64,000 nucleotides of DNA from an uncultured Acidobacteriota bacterium (GCA_963725075.1 CAVRXA010000026.1:110288-174287); one strand, 5' to 3'. Shown: positions 19,182-28,438, counted from the stretch's first letter. The notes: a model not told the origin generated them from the sequence alone. Made by a program: numbers and translations.

Positions 19182-19196
19182 GGCAGCCCAGGACGC

Positions 19197-19430
19197 GAGA
19201 GACCCCGAGAAAGCTTTGGCCGAGGCCTCAGCCCTCTCGGGGCTCTCAGTGCCACTCGACCGGGAAAGCGGGCCCCCAGTCAGGTGGCGATCCGGAGGGA
19301 CCGAAGCCCTCTCCTTCCCCGACCCGGGCGAACCCGTGTCGGTAAGCGGCAACGTACGAAATCCGGCTTCACCCGTCAAGCCATACCGGGGCCTTGTTTT
19401 CGCGGCCTAGCCGATCTTTTCGCGTTTAGC
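19197..19430 (-). ncRNA. candidate structured RNA / hairpin-repeat module B, related to module A
   Basis: The hairpin at 19197-19247 is homologous to 18458-18509 with compensatory stem changes. A further C(UUCG)G hairpin lies at 19294-19314, and TTTTCGCG motifs at 19396 and 19416. Confidence 0.35.
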
Positions 19431-19438
19431 CTTGGCCC

Positions 19439-20059
19439 ATGGCAACGGCCCGGAAGAGCGTGCCGACTGCATGGGCCGTGGTCTTCTTTCTCATCACAGT
19501 GGTGCTCGTCTTCGCTGTGATCCGGGTGACGATCGACAGCCAGAACATCGCCAACGGAGTGATCCCAGATGAGGGCGAGTTCGATCGCCGCTACGCCCAG
19601 TACCCGATCCTGGCCTACGCCCACATCCTCCCCGGAGTCGTCTATCTGGTCCTTGCCCCCTTCCAGGTCTCTCGCCGATTCCGCAACCGCCATCTCGATC
19701 TGCACCGCAAGATGGGCCGCTTCCTGGTGCCGATCGGAATCCTCTCGGGAGTGCTCGGAGTCATCTTTGGCTTCTTCTTCTCCTTCGGCGGATTCGCCGA
19801 GGCCAGCGCCGCGGTGGTGTTCGGCACCTGGTTCGTCGTCGCTCTCGCCCTGGCCTACAGCTACATCCGCGCCGGCGACACCGTCCGTCATCGCCGATGG
19901 ATGATCCGGGCCTTCGCGATCGGCCTCGGAGTCGGGACGATCAGGATCTGGGTGGGGCTGTTCGAGGGATTCGGCCTACTCGACGAAGTCACTTCCTTCG
20001 GCGCGGCGTTCTGGTTGTCTTTTACGCTGCACGTGATCGCCGCCGAGATCTGGCTGTGA
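19439..20059 (+). CDS. DUF2306-like membrane protein
   Basis: 206-aa multi-TM ORF. The YAHILPGVVYLVLAPFQ and HRRWMIRAFAIGLGVGTIR regions resemble the family as I recall it. Confidence 0.6.
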   Translation: MATARKSVPTAWAVVFFLITVVLVFAVIRVTIDSQNIANGVIPDEGEFDRRYAQYPILAYAHILPGVVYLVLAPFQVSRRFRNRHLDLHRKMGRFLVPIGILSGVLGVIFGFFFSFGGFAEASAAVVFGTWFVVALALAYSYIRAGDTVRHRRWMIRAFAIGLGVGTIRIWVGLFEGFGLLDEVTSFGAAFWLSFTLHVIAAEIWL

Positions 20060-20089
20060 CGACGGCCCACCTGACCGATCTCCCCATTC

Positions 20090-20112
20090 CTGTCACAGGC
20101 CGGTCTTACACT
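20090..20112 (+). promoter_or_regulatory. candidate DNA-damage promoter motif TGTCAcag-N9-TACACT; probable leaderless transcript
   Basis: TGTCACAGGCCCGGTCTTACACT is followed by 7 nt and then the GTG start at 20120. Confidence 0.35.
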
Positions 20113-20119
20113 CGGCTTC

Positions 20120-20908
20120 GTGACTGTCGAACTGGAATTGGCCCCCCTGGAGACCCTCTCCCCGAGCCGTGCCGGGGACTTCAAGGCGTGTCCACAGCTC
20201 TTCAAGTTCCGGGCCATCGACCGGCTGAGCGAGCCCGCATCGGTGTATCAGGCCCGGGGCACCACGGCCCATCTCGCACTGCAGCGACTCTTCGACCACC
20301 CCTCCATCGATCGTTCGCCCGAACTTCTCTACGACCTGTTCCGAGAGGCCTGGACCGAGCTCCGAGGGAGCGAGGAGTTCGAGGACCTGTTCGGCGACAC
20401 CGACGAGGAGCGCCAATGGGGAGTTGAGTCCCTCGCCCTTCTCACCAACTACTTCAGCATCGAGGACCCGACCGGGTTCGACCCGGTGGACCGCGAGCTG
20501 GACATGCTCGAGGACCTCGACGGAATCACGATCAGGGGGATCCTCGACCGGATCGACCGCGACGAGGACGGTCGTCTCGTCATCACCGATTACAAGACGG
20601 GAAAGGCCCCTCCGGAGCGATATGCCCTCCCCGCCTTCTTCGCCCTGAAGATCTACGCCCTCCTCATCCGACGCCGCACCGGGGAGACTCCCAAGGAGCT
20701 TCGCCTCCTCTATCTCAGCGGGCCGACCCTGTACAGGCTGGACATCGACGACCGCCAGCTCGATGCCATGGACTCGCAGCTCCGGGCGCTGTGGAACGCC
20801 ATCGACCGCGCCCTGGCCACCCGAAACTTCCCCACCCGACCAGGCACGTTGTGCAACTGGTGCTCGTTCAAGGAGATCTGCCCCGCCTTCACCGGGATGA
20901 CCGCCTAG
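20120..20908 (+). CDS. PD-(D/E)XK RecB-family exonuclease with 4-Cys (Cas4-like) cluster
   Basis: FKACPQLFKF at the N-terminus, the ILDRIDRDEDGRLVITDYKTG nuclease core and C-terminal CNWCSFKEICP. Confidence 0.8.
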   Translation: MTVELELAPLETLSPSRAGDFKACPQLFKFRAIDRLSEPASVYQARGTTAHLALQRLFDHPSIDRSPELLYDLFREAWTELRGSEEFEDLFGDTDEERQWGVESLALLTNYFSIEDPTGFDPVDRELDMLEDLDGITIRGILDRIDRDEDGRLVITDYKTGKAPPERYALPAFFALKIYALLIRRRTGETPKELRLLYLSGPTLYRLDIDDRQLDAMDSQLRALWNAIDRALATRNFPTRPGTLCNWCSFKEICPAFTGMTA

Positions 20909-22176
20909 GGGAAGATCCCCCGCACCAGCTTGGCGTCGGCCACCTTGCGGATCCCCTTGATGAGGGCGGCAGTCCTCAGGTCGACGTCTTCGTTGATGGC
21001 GATGTTGTGTACGTCGCTGAAGGCCCGAGTCATGATCTCCCGCAGCCGCGCCACCACTTCGTTCTCGGTCCAGAAGTACTTCTGGACGTCCTGCACCCAC
21101 TCGAAATAGGAGACCGTGACACCTCCGGCGTTGGCCAGGATGTCCGGGATGATCAGGACATCCTTCTCGCGGAGAATGTCGTCGGCTTCGATCGTGGTCG
21201 GCCCGTTGGCGCCTTCGATGATGATCTTGGCCTGGATCTCCCCGGCGTTGTCCCCACGGATGACGTTCTGGATCGCGGCCGGCACGAGGACATCGACGGG
21301 CAGGGAGAAGATCTTGTCACCGTCGATGAAGTCGGCGTCGGGGAATCCTTCGAGGAAGCGGTTCTCGTCGACCCACTTCGCCACCGCGTCGACCTCGAGC
21401 CCCTCTGGGTCGTAGAGCGCACCGGAGATGTCCGACACAGCCGCGATCTTGACTCCCATCTGATGACCGGCGATTGCCGCATACCTGCCCACGTTGCCGA
21501 AGCCGTGGATCGCGACCGTGACACTGTTGGGGTCGATCTCCCGCACCCCGGCCGCCTGGGGTAGGAGGAACATCAGCCCGCGGCCAGTCGCCTCGCGTCG
21601 GGCCACGCTGCCCCCAAGAGCCGGCGGCTTTCCGGTGACCACGGCGGGGACCGAGTGCCCGACATGTTGGGAGTACGTGTCCATGAGCCAGGCCATCACC
21701 TGCTCGTTGGTGCCGAGGTCGGGGGCGGGGATGTCGGTTTCCGGCCCGATCACGTTGATGATCTCCATCGTGAAGCGCCTGGTCACCCGTTGCAGCTCGG
21801 CCCGGGAAAGCTGCATCGGGTCGACACGGACGCCACCCTTTGCCCCGCCGAAGGGAAGACCGACGATCGAGCATTTCCAGGTCATCAACATGGCGAGCGC
21901 GGCGACCTCGCCCAGGTCTACGTCGGGAGCGAAACGGATCCCGCCTTTGGTGGGGCCCATGGTGGTGAGGTGCTGGATCCGGTAACCGAAGAGGGTCTCC
22001 ACCTCCGAATAGGTGTCACGGCGGAACGGGAAGCTGACCATGGTCGACTTTTGCGGGACACGGAGCCGGTCGGCGACGTTGTCGTCCAGGCCCATTAGCC
22101 GGGCCACCCGGTCGAACTGGCCGGCGGCCTCCTTGTACATCGGTGAGTCGAATTCGTTGCCAACCGCAGTGGTCAC
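20905..22176 (-). CDS. gdhA: glutamate dehydrogenase (Glu/Leu/Phe/Val dehydrogenase family)
   Basis: LPFGGAKGGVRVDP catalytic-Lys motif and GFGNVG Rossmann motif. Length 423 aa. Confidence 0.85.
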   Translation of the reverse strand: MTTAVGNEFDSPMYKEAAGQFDRVARLMGLDDNVADRLRVPQKSTMVSFPFRRDTYSEVETLFGYRIQHLTTMGPTKGGIRFAPDVDLGEVAALAMLMTWKCSIVGLPFGGAKGGVRVDPMQLSRAELQRVTRRFTMEIINVIGPETDIPAPDLGTNEQVMAWLMDTYSQHVGHSVPAVVTGKPPALGGSVARREATGRGLMFLLPQAAGVREIDPNSVTVAIHGFGNVGRYAAIAGHQMGVKIAAVSDISGALYDPEGLEVDAVAKWVDENRFLEGFPDADFIDGDKIFSLPVDVLVPAAIQNVIRGDNAGEIQAKIIIEGANGPTTIEADDILREKDVLIIPDILANAGGVTVSYFEWVQDVQKYFWTENEVVARLREIMTRAFSDVHNIAINEDVDLRTAALIKGIRKVADAKLVRGIFP

Positions 22177-22238
22177 GCCGACCTCTTTTCATTCACCGCC
22201 ACGCTGCCCATCCTATGCGCTGGAACCTTCGGGAAATG

Positions 22239-22260
22239 TGTCACACCCAACCGATAGCTT
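22239..22260 (+). promoter_or_regulatory. candidate DNA-damage promoter motif TGTCAcac-N8-TAGCTT; probable leaderless transcript
   Basis: TGTCACACCCAACCGATAGCTT is followed by 7 nt and then the ATG at 22268. Its spacing is identical to the mycobacterial tTGTCRgtg-N8-TAnnnT motif as I recall it. Confidence 0.4.
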
Positions 22261-22267
22261 CCTCGAC

Positions 22268-22405
22268 ATGAGCTACTTCGAGACATCCCAACCGGCCACC
22301 GAGCCCGACGCCGACCCGTTCACCGACCCCGTCCGCTACCTGGCCGAACATGGGATCGAGGCCGAGCTGGTCGCGGAGATCGCCCGGCTTCCGGAGGCGG
22401 CCTGA
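22268..22405 (+). CDS. small acidic protein (45 aa) preceding adnA
   Basis: MSYFETSQPATEPDADPFTDPVRYLAEHGIEAELVAEIARLPEAA. About 89% third-position GC by my count. It ends 16 nt before the adnA GTG. Confidence 0.5.
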   Translation: MSYFETSQPATEPDADPFTDPVRYLAEHGIEAELVAEIARLPEAA

Positions 22406-22421
22406 CCCTACGATCAGCACC

Positions 22422-25373
22422 GTGCCGTTGACCGAGATCCGGCTCGAGCCGGAAGACTGGGGCCCCGCGCTCGCCGATGCCGATGGCCCCCAAATCGTGG
22501 TGGCCGGGCCGGGCACCGGGAAGACCGAGTTTCTGGTGCGCCGGGTCTGTTCTCTCGTCGAATCAGGGCAGGCGCGGAGAGACCAGATCGCCCTCCTGAC
22601 TTTCTCCCGGCGTACTGCCGGAGACATCCGGCGTCGAGTCGAAGCCGCCCTCGGTGGCGGCGGGATGCCCATCGGCGCCTCCACATTCCACTCGCTGGCC
22701 CTCCGGCTATTGGAGGCCGCGCCCGGATCCGACCGTCCCATTCCCCTAACCACACCCGAGCAGATCGGTCTGGTCGGTGAGCTTCTCCAGACCGAGGACC
22801 CGGAACAGTGGCCGATCCTGTATCGGGGCATCCTGGGCTCGAGCGCCTTCGCCGGTGAGGTCGCCGACTTCCTCATGCGGTGCTCCGAGAGGATGCTCTC
22901 CCCCGAGGACCTAGAGGCGAGGGCGACCGAGCGCGCCGACTGGCGGGGCATCCCGGGCTTGTTCCGCCGGTACCGGGAGACACTGGCGGAGCGCGGCCGC
23001 ACCGACTACGCAACCCTCCTCGTCTCGGCTGTCGATCTGCTCGGACGCCCGGAGGGACAGGAACTGGCAGCTCAGTTCACCCACGTCCTCGTCGACGAGT
23101 ATCAGGACACCTCGACCGTACAAGCCGAAATCGCCCGTCTCATGGCCCTGCCCCACGGAAATCTCACGGCGGCCGGAGACCCCTACCAGTCGATCTACTC
23201 GTTCCGGGGCGCAGAGGTGAGGAACATCGCCGCGTTCACCGAACAGCACCCCGACGCACGGCGGATCGTGCTGGGCAGGAGCCTGAGGGTCCCGGCACAG
23301 ATCCTCGACTCGGCGCTTCGCATCGTCTCCGCCGGCGATCTTCCCGGCTCGGCCGGTCCGGTCGCCCCGGCCGCCCACGCCGGACGGGTCGAGACCTACG
23401 TGTTCGACCAGGAGACCGCCGAGGCAGATTGGATTGCGCGGGACATCGAGCACCAAATCCGCGTCGAAGGGCGAGAGCCGTCAACCATCGCGGTGCTGGT
23501 TCGGTCCAAACGGGAGATGCTCAACGAGCTGAGCCGGGCGCTGGACCGAAGAAACGTGCCCCACGACTCGCCGGAGACCCGACTCACCGAGAACCCGGCG
23601 GTGCGGATGATCCAGGATCTGGTGACCGTGGCCAAGAGCGGCGGGCCTACACCCGTGGTCACACCCGGAGAAGCGGCCGACGCCGACCGGGCGATGCGAA
23701 GACTGTTGTTGGGCCCCTTGATCGGATTAGGGCTGGGAAAAGAACGGGAGATCCTGCGTTCCCGAATCCGCACCTGGGATCCCTGGCCTGCCGTCCTTGC
23801 CCGCGAGCTTCCCGAGCACGCCGGGCTGGCCGCTCTGCTCGACCAGCGCGAATGGGCGGTTGAGCTGCCGGCGATCGACGGCTTCTGGAAACTCTGGACC
23901 AGCATCGATGAACTGGAACGGGTGGTACTCGACCCGGAGCGGAAGGATTGGCGTCTCGCCTTCACGTCGTTCTCCCAGGTGTTGGAGCGTCAGGCGGAGC
24001 GGGACGCCACGGTGACACTCGACGCTGTGTTCAGGTTGAGCGAGGAGGACGGGATCGAATCGACCCCGCTTCTCCCCTACCGGTCCGACGAGCAGCACGT
24101 CACGCTGACCACTCTGCACCAGGCCAAGGGCCTCGAATTCGAAGTCGTCTACATCGCCAACGCCGTGGAGGGGGTCTTCCCCGACCTTCGACGAGGGCGG
24201 AGGATGTTGAGGCCCGAGTTGCTCTCTCCGGAACGGACCACCAACCCCGAGGCTCAGCATCTGTTTCAGATCCAGGAGGAGATGCGTCTCGCCTACACCG
24301 CTATGACACGGGCCAGATCCAAGGTGGTCTGGACCGCCACCTCGGCCGGTGTCGATCAAGGTGAGCACCGCCCATCTCGATTCCTCATGGCCGCCGCCGA
24401 GCCCGGGGTGGGTCCCGGCCTGCCCGAGGAGCAGGACGGCCCACCGGTTTCGCTCGGCGAGGCCGAGGTCTCCCTGAGACGGACCCTGCTCGACCCCGGC
24501 GCCACCGCGTTCGATCGTCTCGCCGCCGCACAGCTACTGGCACGGCCACCGGCTCCCTGGTGGAATCCCATGGCATTCGCCGGGGTGCCCGCGCCCGGGC
24601 CTGACCAGCCGATCCTTGGGGAGGGTCTGCGTCTTTCCCCCAGCCAGGCCGGCGCCTACGTCAATTGTCCCCGGCAGTATGCCCTGGAGCGTCGTCTCGG
24701 CTTGAGCGAGTCCTTCTCCCCGTACGCCGCGTTGGGGACGCTGGTCCATTCGGCGTTGGAGGCAGCGGAGAAAGAGGTCATCGGCTCGGGAAAGACCCAT
24801 GCCGATCTCGCCGACGCCATGAGGCACCTGGAGAAGGTGTGGGCGGAGGCAGACTTCGGCACCCCTCAACTCGACCAAGCATGGCTGGGCCACGCCCGTG
24901 AAGCCGTCATCAAGCTCTACGAGAAATGGCCCAGCGATGGGTTGCCTATCGAGGTGGAGAAAAAGGTCGAGACCGAGATCGGCGGCGTCCAATGGGTCGG
25001 CTACATCGACAGGCTGGAGAAAGGCCCCGACGGGCTGCGGGTCATCGACTACAAGACCTCCAGGAACCCGCCGAGCGTCGCTGATGCCAAAGAGTCGGTG
25101 CAACTCGCCTTCTATGCCTCGGCTGTGGGCAAGGAAACCGGGGAACCGGTCGTCGCAGCCGAGATGTGGTTCCCTCGCACCGACGCCGTGTCCGTGACCA
25201 AGAGGTCGTTCGACATGGATCTCCTCCCCGAGGTCGTGGAGACCATGGAGGAAGTGACCACCGCGATCCTGGAGGAGCGTTGGGAACCCAGGGTCAACAA
25301 CCGGTGCAAGAGATGCGACTTCCGGTTGTCCTGCCCGGCCTGGGCCGAAGGAAAGGGCGCCTACCTGCCATGA
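22422..25373 (+). CDS. adnA: helicase-nuclease subunit AdnA-like (UvrD-type motor plus C-terminal RecB-type nuclease)
   Basis: GPGTGKTE Walker A, VDEYQDT, C-terminal GYIDRLEKGPDGLRVIDYKTS nuclease motif, and a 4-Cys set (CPRQ...CKRCDFRLSCP). GTG start at 22422. Confidence 0.85.
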   Translation: MPLTEIRLEPEDWGPALADADGPQIVVAGPGTGKTEFLVRRVCSLVESGQARRDQIALLTFSRRTAGDIRRRVEAALGGGGMPIGASTFHSLALRLLEAAPGSDRPIPLTTPEQIGLVGELLQTEDPEQWPILYRGILGSSAFAGEVADFLMRCSERMLSPEDLEARATERADWRGIPGLFRRYRETLAERGRTDYATLLVSAVDLLGRPEGQELAAQFTHVLVDEYQDTSTVQAEIARLMALPHGNLTAAGDPYQSIYSFRGAEVRNIAAFTEQHPDARRIVLGRSLRVPAQILDSALRIVSAGDLPGSAGPVAPAAHAGRVETYVFDQETAEADWIARDIEHQIRVEGREPSTIAVLVRSKREMLNELSRALDRRNVPHDSPETRLTENPAVRMIQDLVTVAKSGGPTPVVTPGEAADADRAMRRLLLGPLIGLGLGKEREILRSRIRTWDPWPAVLARELPEHAGLAALLDQREWAVELPAIDGFWKLWTSIDELERVVLDPERKDWRLAFTSFSQVLERQAERDATVTLDAVFRLSEEDGIESTPLLPYRSDEQHVTLTTLHQAKGLEFEVVYIANAVEGVFPDLRRGRRMLRPELLSPERTTNPEAQHLFQIQEEMRLAYTAMTRARSKVVWTATSAGVDQGEHRPSRFLMAAAEPGVGPGLPEEQDGPPVSLGEAEVSLRRTLLDPGATAFDRLAAAQLLARPPAPWWNPMAFAGVPAPGPDQPILGEGLRLSPSQAGAYVNCPRQYALERRLGLSESFSPYAALGTLVHSALEAAEKEVIGSGKTHADLADAMRHLEKVWAEADFGTPQLDQAWLGHAREAVIKLYEKWPSDGLPIEVEKKVETEIGGVQWVGYIDRLEKGPDGLRVIDYKTSRNPPSVADAKESVQLAFYASAVGKETGEPVVAAEMWFPRTDAVSVTKRSFDMDLLPEVVETMEEVTTAILEERWEPRVNNRCKRCDFRLSCPAWAEGKGAYLP

Positions 25374-28300
25374 GCTCGTTCGAGCCGTCACCAGAGCAGA
25401 AGACGGTTCTCGACATGGGTCTCGACACGATCCGGATACGGGCCGGGGCCGGCACCGGCAAGACAACGACCGTCGCCCTCGTCATCGCCAACCTCGTGGA
25501 GAACCACGGTGTCGACCCGGAGCGGATCCTGGGAATCACGTTCACCAACAAGGCGGCATCCGAGCTGGCCGACAAGGTGAAGGCGTTTCTCGGGTCCGCG
25601 GTGGAGGAAGGCCGTCAGGCAGAGGTCCACACCTATCACGGGTTCGCCGCCCAGATCCTGGCGGAGTTCGGCGCCCTCGCCGGGGTCGACACCAGGGTCA
25701 GGGTTATCACCCCGACCTTCTCCCGACAGATCCTGTCCGAGACCTATCACCACACCACGTATGACCATCTCGACATCACCAACGCACACGGGTTGGACAA
25801 GATCCGGACGCTGGGCGACCGCATGGGCGACCACCTCCTCACCCCTGCCGATCTCCTACCGCATGTCGACCCCACCGACGAGGTGTGGGCGATGCGGTCC
25901 GAGATGTTGAAAACGCTGGAACGCTATGACACCGACAAGCGGCGGCTGAGAGTTGTCGATTACGCCGATTTGGTGACCTTGTCCACCGATCTCCTCAGAA
26001 GTCACCCCGAGCTGGCGGCAGAGATCCGGGACCGCTACCAGGTCGTGATCCTGGACGAGTACCAGGACACCAACCCGGCGCAGCGAGTGTTGCTCACCAC
26101 GGTGTTCGGGCCCTCCGATGGGCAGACGGGGATCCCGGTGATCGCGGTGGGTGACGAGGACCAGACGATCTACGAATGGCGGGGAGCATCAGCCGAGAAC
26201 TTCGAGCTCTTCCCCACCCATTTCCCGGCGCCGGACGGAGGTCCCGCCAAGCACGGCGCCCTCACCCTCAACAGGCGCTCGGCTCCTGAGATACTCGAGG
26301 TTGCCAATGAGATCAGGCGGCGGGCCAACCCGGATGCTGAAGACCTGGTTTCCCACGAGCCCGAATCGAAGGGCGAGGTGGTGACGTACTGGGCAGAGGA
26401 CGCCGTTGCAGAAGCCGATTGGATCGCTCGCAGGTTCGAAGCGTTGCACGAGGCGGACACACCCTGGTCGGAGATGGCGGTCCTGTTCAGGAAGAACAGG
26501 GATTTCGCCGTCGTGGTGGACGCCTTCGCCCGGCATGACATACCGGTCGAGGTGGCCAACCTCGGGGGACTGCTCTCGGTCCCCGAGGTGGCCGACCTCC
26601 GGGCGTGGCTTACGGTGCTCGACCGGCCCGAGCACTCGGCCTCGCTGGTCCAGATCCTCTTCGGCAGCCGCTATCGCCTCGGCTACGCCGACATCGCCCC
26701 CCTGACTCGCAGGCTGGGCGGCACCCGCCGGGAGGATGTGGATCGCGATGCGGTGCCCGGCGTGAGCCTGCTCGAGGCGATCGAGCAGGTCGACGAGATC
26801 GAAGGGCTGCGTCCCGGAGCCAGGGCTGCCTACGAGCACTTCCTGAACATCTATCGAGAGGTGCTATCCGAGAGCCAGGGCGCCAGCCTGGTCGAGGTCT
26901 GCCGGCTCGTCCTGGACAGGACCCGCGCCTGGCAGGACGTCGAGTCACTCCCTATCAATCAGAGGACCACCGCCCGGCTCAATCTCTATCGCCTTCTAGA
27001 CCTGGCCGAAGAGTGGAGCCCGCTCATGGGACGCCCGTCGCTTTCGGCCTTCCTCGACTACCTGGAGGCGATGGAGGACGAGCCGGCCGAGGAGCTCGAC
27101 TCGGCTCATCTCTCGGGAGAAGAGGCGGTCACGCTGGTGACCGTGCACCGGGCGAAAGGGCTGGAATGGGATGTGGTCGCCATCCCGGCGGTCACCGATA
27201 GGAGCTTTCCGGTGACGACCGGGGCTTTCCCGGACCCCGTCCGGTTCGCCCAGTTCCTGCCTCCGGAGCATCGGATCGACGACGCACTGGCCGACATGCC
27301 TGACGACGAGGAGGAGCGAAAGGACTACTTCCGGGGTCAGAACGCTCTCCAGGAATGGAGGGTGGCCTATGTGGCGGCGACCCGGGCCCGGTCGATGCTG
27401 ATCATGACCGGTTCCTACTGGTATGGGCTCCCCGAGCCCACCATCAATGCCAAGAAGCCATCGGAGCTCTTCGATCTCGTCGAACAGCACCCGGTCACGC
27501 GCAAAGAGGGCCATGTCGACGAGCCAGAGCGGCCGGCGCTGCTGCGATTCGCCGCCGCAGGCGCCACCCCCGACCCATTGTTCGAGGAAGGCTGGGACGG
27601 CGCATTGCGGGCCGCGGTCGCGGACGAAGACGCTCTTCTGGAGATGGCCGGGGCGATGGGCGTCGCCGAGGCGTACCAGCAGAAGGTCGAGGAGATGCGC
27701 CAGACTCTGTTCGATCTCGACGCCCTCGGGGACATCGTTGCCGACCCTCAGAAGAGAAGGGTCGTCTCGGTGACGGGGCTCGTCACCTATGCCCAGTGCC
27801 CCAAGCGGTTCTTCTGGTCCGAGGTCGACCCGTTGCCCCGTCGTCGCAACATGGCCGCCGTCGCCGGCACCGAGTTGCATCGCCGGATCGAGCTTCATCA
27901 GAGGGGTCAGGTCCCCTTCGATGACTTCGAGCCCGGGAACTACGACGCCATGGACGAATCGACCGGCGATGGCGGCTTCAAGGCTTTTCTCGGGTCCCGC
28001 TACGGGACCGACGAGGCTCTGTTGGTGGAAGCGCCGTTCACCTTGCCCACCGAGAGCGGATACCAGATCAAGGGCCGGATCGACGCGATCTACGAGAGCG
28101 ATGGGAACTGGGAGATCGTCGACTTCAAGAGCGGGAGATGGAGGGACGACCCCGCTCGCCTCGTCCAGCTCCAGGCCTACGCGGTGGCCGCCACCGAGGT
28201 GGATTTCGGCGTGGGCAAGCCGCAAGAGATCGATGTCACCTTCGCCTACCTCGGAGGTGGGCTCGATGTCCACACGGAGCATGCCGATGAGGAGTGGCGC

Positions 28301-28438
28301 CTGGATGCGGCCAGGAACCTCGAAGGGTTGACCTCTGCCATCGAAGACGACCGGTTCGAGGCGGTGCCCGGAGACTGGTGTCGCCATTGTGACTTTCTCC
28401 GCTTCTGCCCGGAGGGCAAAAGCGAAGTCGGGGAATGA
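25370..28438 (+). CDS. adnB: helicase-nuclease subunit AdnB-like
   Basis: The ATG at 25370 overlaps the adnA stop (ATGA). Motifs: GAGTGKTT, LDEYQDTNPAQ, TVHRAKGLEWD, C-terminal GRIDAIYESDGNWEIVDFKSG and CPKRF...CRHCDFLRFCP. Confidence 0.88.
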   Translation: MSSFEPSPEQKTVLDMGLDTIRIRAGAGTGKTTTVALVIANLVENHGVDPERILGITFTNKAASELADKVKAFLGSAVEEGRQAEVHTYHGFAAQILAEFGALAGVDTRVRVITPTFSRQILSETYHHTTYDHLDITNAHGLDKIRTLGDRMGDHLLTPADLLPHVDPTDEVWAMRSEMLKTLERYDTDKRRLRVVDYADLVTLSTDLLRSHPELAAEIRDRYQVVILDEYQDTNPAQRVLLTTVFGPSDGQTGIPVIAVGDEDQTIYEWRGASAENFELFPTHFPAPDGGPAKHGALTLNRRSAPEILEVANEIRRRANPDAEDLVSHEPESKGEVVTYWAEDAVAEADWIARRFEALHEADTPWSEMAVLFRKNRDFAVVVDAFARHDIPVEVANLGGLLSVPEVADLRAWLTVLDRPEHSASLVQILFGSRYRLGYADIAPLTRRLGGTRREDVDRDAVPGVSLLEAIEQVDEIEGLRPGARAAYEHFLNIYREVLSESQGASLVEVCRLVLDRTRAWQDVESLPINQRTTARLNLYRLLDLAEEWSPLMGRPSLSAFLDYLEAMEDEPAEELDSAHLSGEEAVTLVTVHRAKGLEWDVVAIPAVTDRSFPVTTGAFPDPVRFAQFLPPEHRIDDALADMPDDEEERKDYFRGQNALQEWRVAYVAATRARSMLIMTGSYWYGLPEPTINAKKPSELFDLVEQHPVTRKEGHVDEPERPALLRFAAAGATPDPLFEEGWDGALRAAVADEDALLEMAGAMGVAEAYQQKVEEMRQTLFDLDALGDIVADPQKRRVVSVTGLVTYAQCPKRFFWSEVDPLPRRRNMAAVAGTELHRRIELHQRGQVPFDDFEPGNYDAMDESTGDGGFKAFLGSRYGTDEALLVEAPFTLPTESGYQIKGRIDAIYESDGNWEIVDFKSGRWRDDPARLVQLQAYAVAATEVDFGVGKPQEIDVTFAYLGGGLDVHTEHADEEWRLDAARNLEGLTSAIEDDRFEAVPGDWCRHCDFLRFCPEGKSEVGE

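Noticed and set aside
18458-19247. Direct-oriented subterminal hairpins about 740 bp apart, suggesting IS200/IS605-type ends
   Set aside because: There is no HUH Y1 transposase or TnpB. The only coding-like fragment between them shows no HUH or catalytic Tyr pattern. I kept this as a possibility inside the main finding, not as a feature call.
18381-19379. 332-aa minus-strand ORF spanning the whole hairpin region
   Set aside because: It is Arg/Pro/Gly-rich and low in complexity, and it repeats the peptide ESPER(A/V)EASAKA only because it reads through the duplicated hairpin. Its third-position GC is weaker than that of genuine genes. Long spurious ORFs are expected at this GC content.
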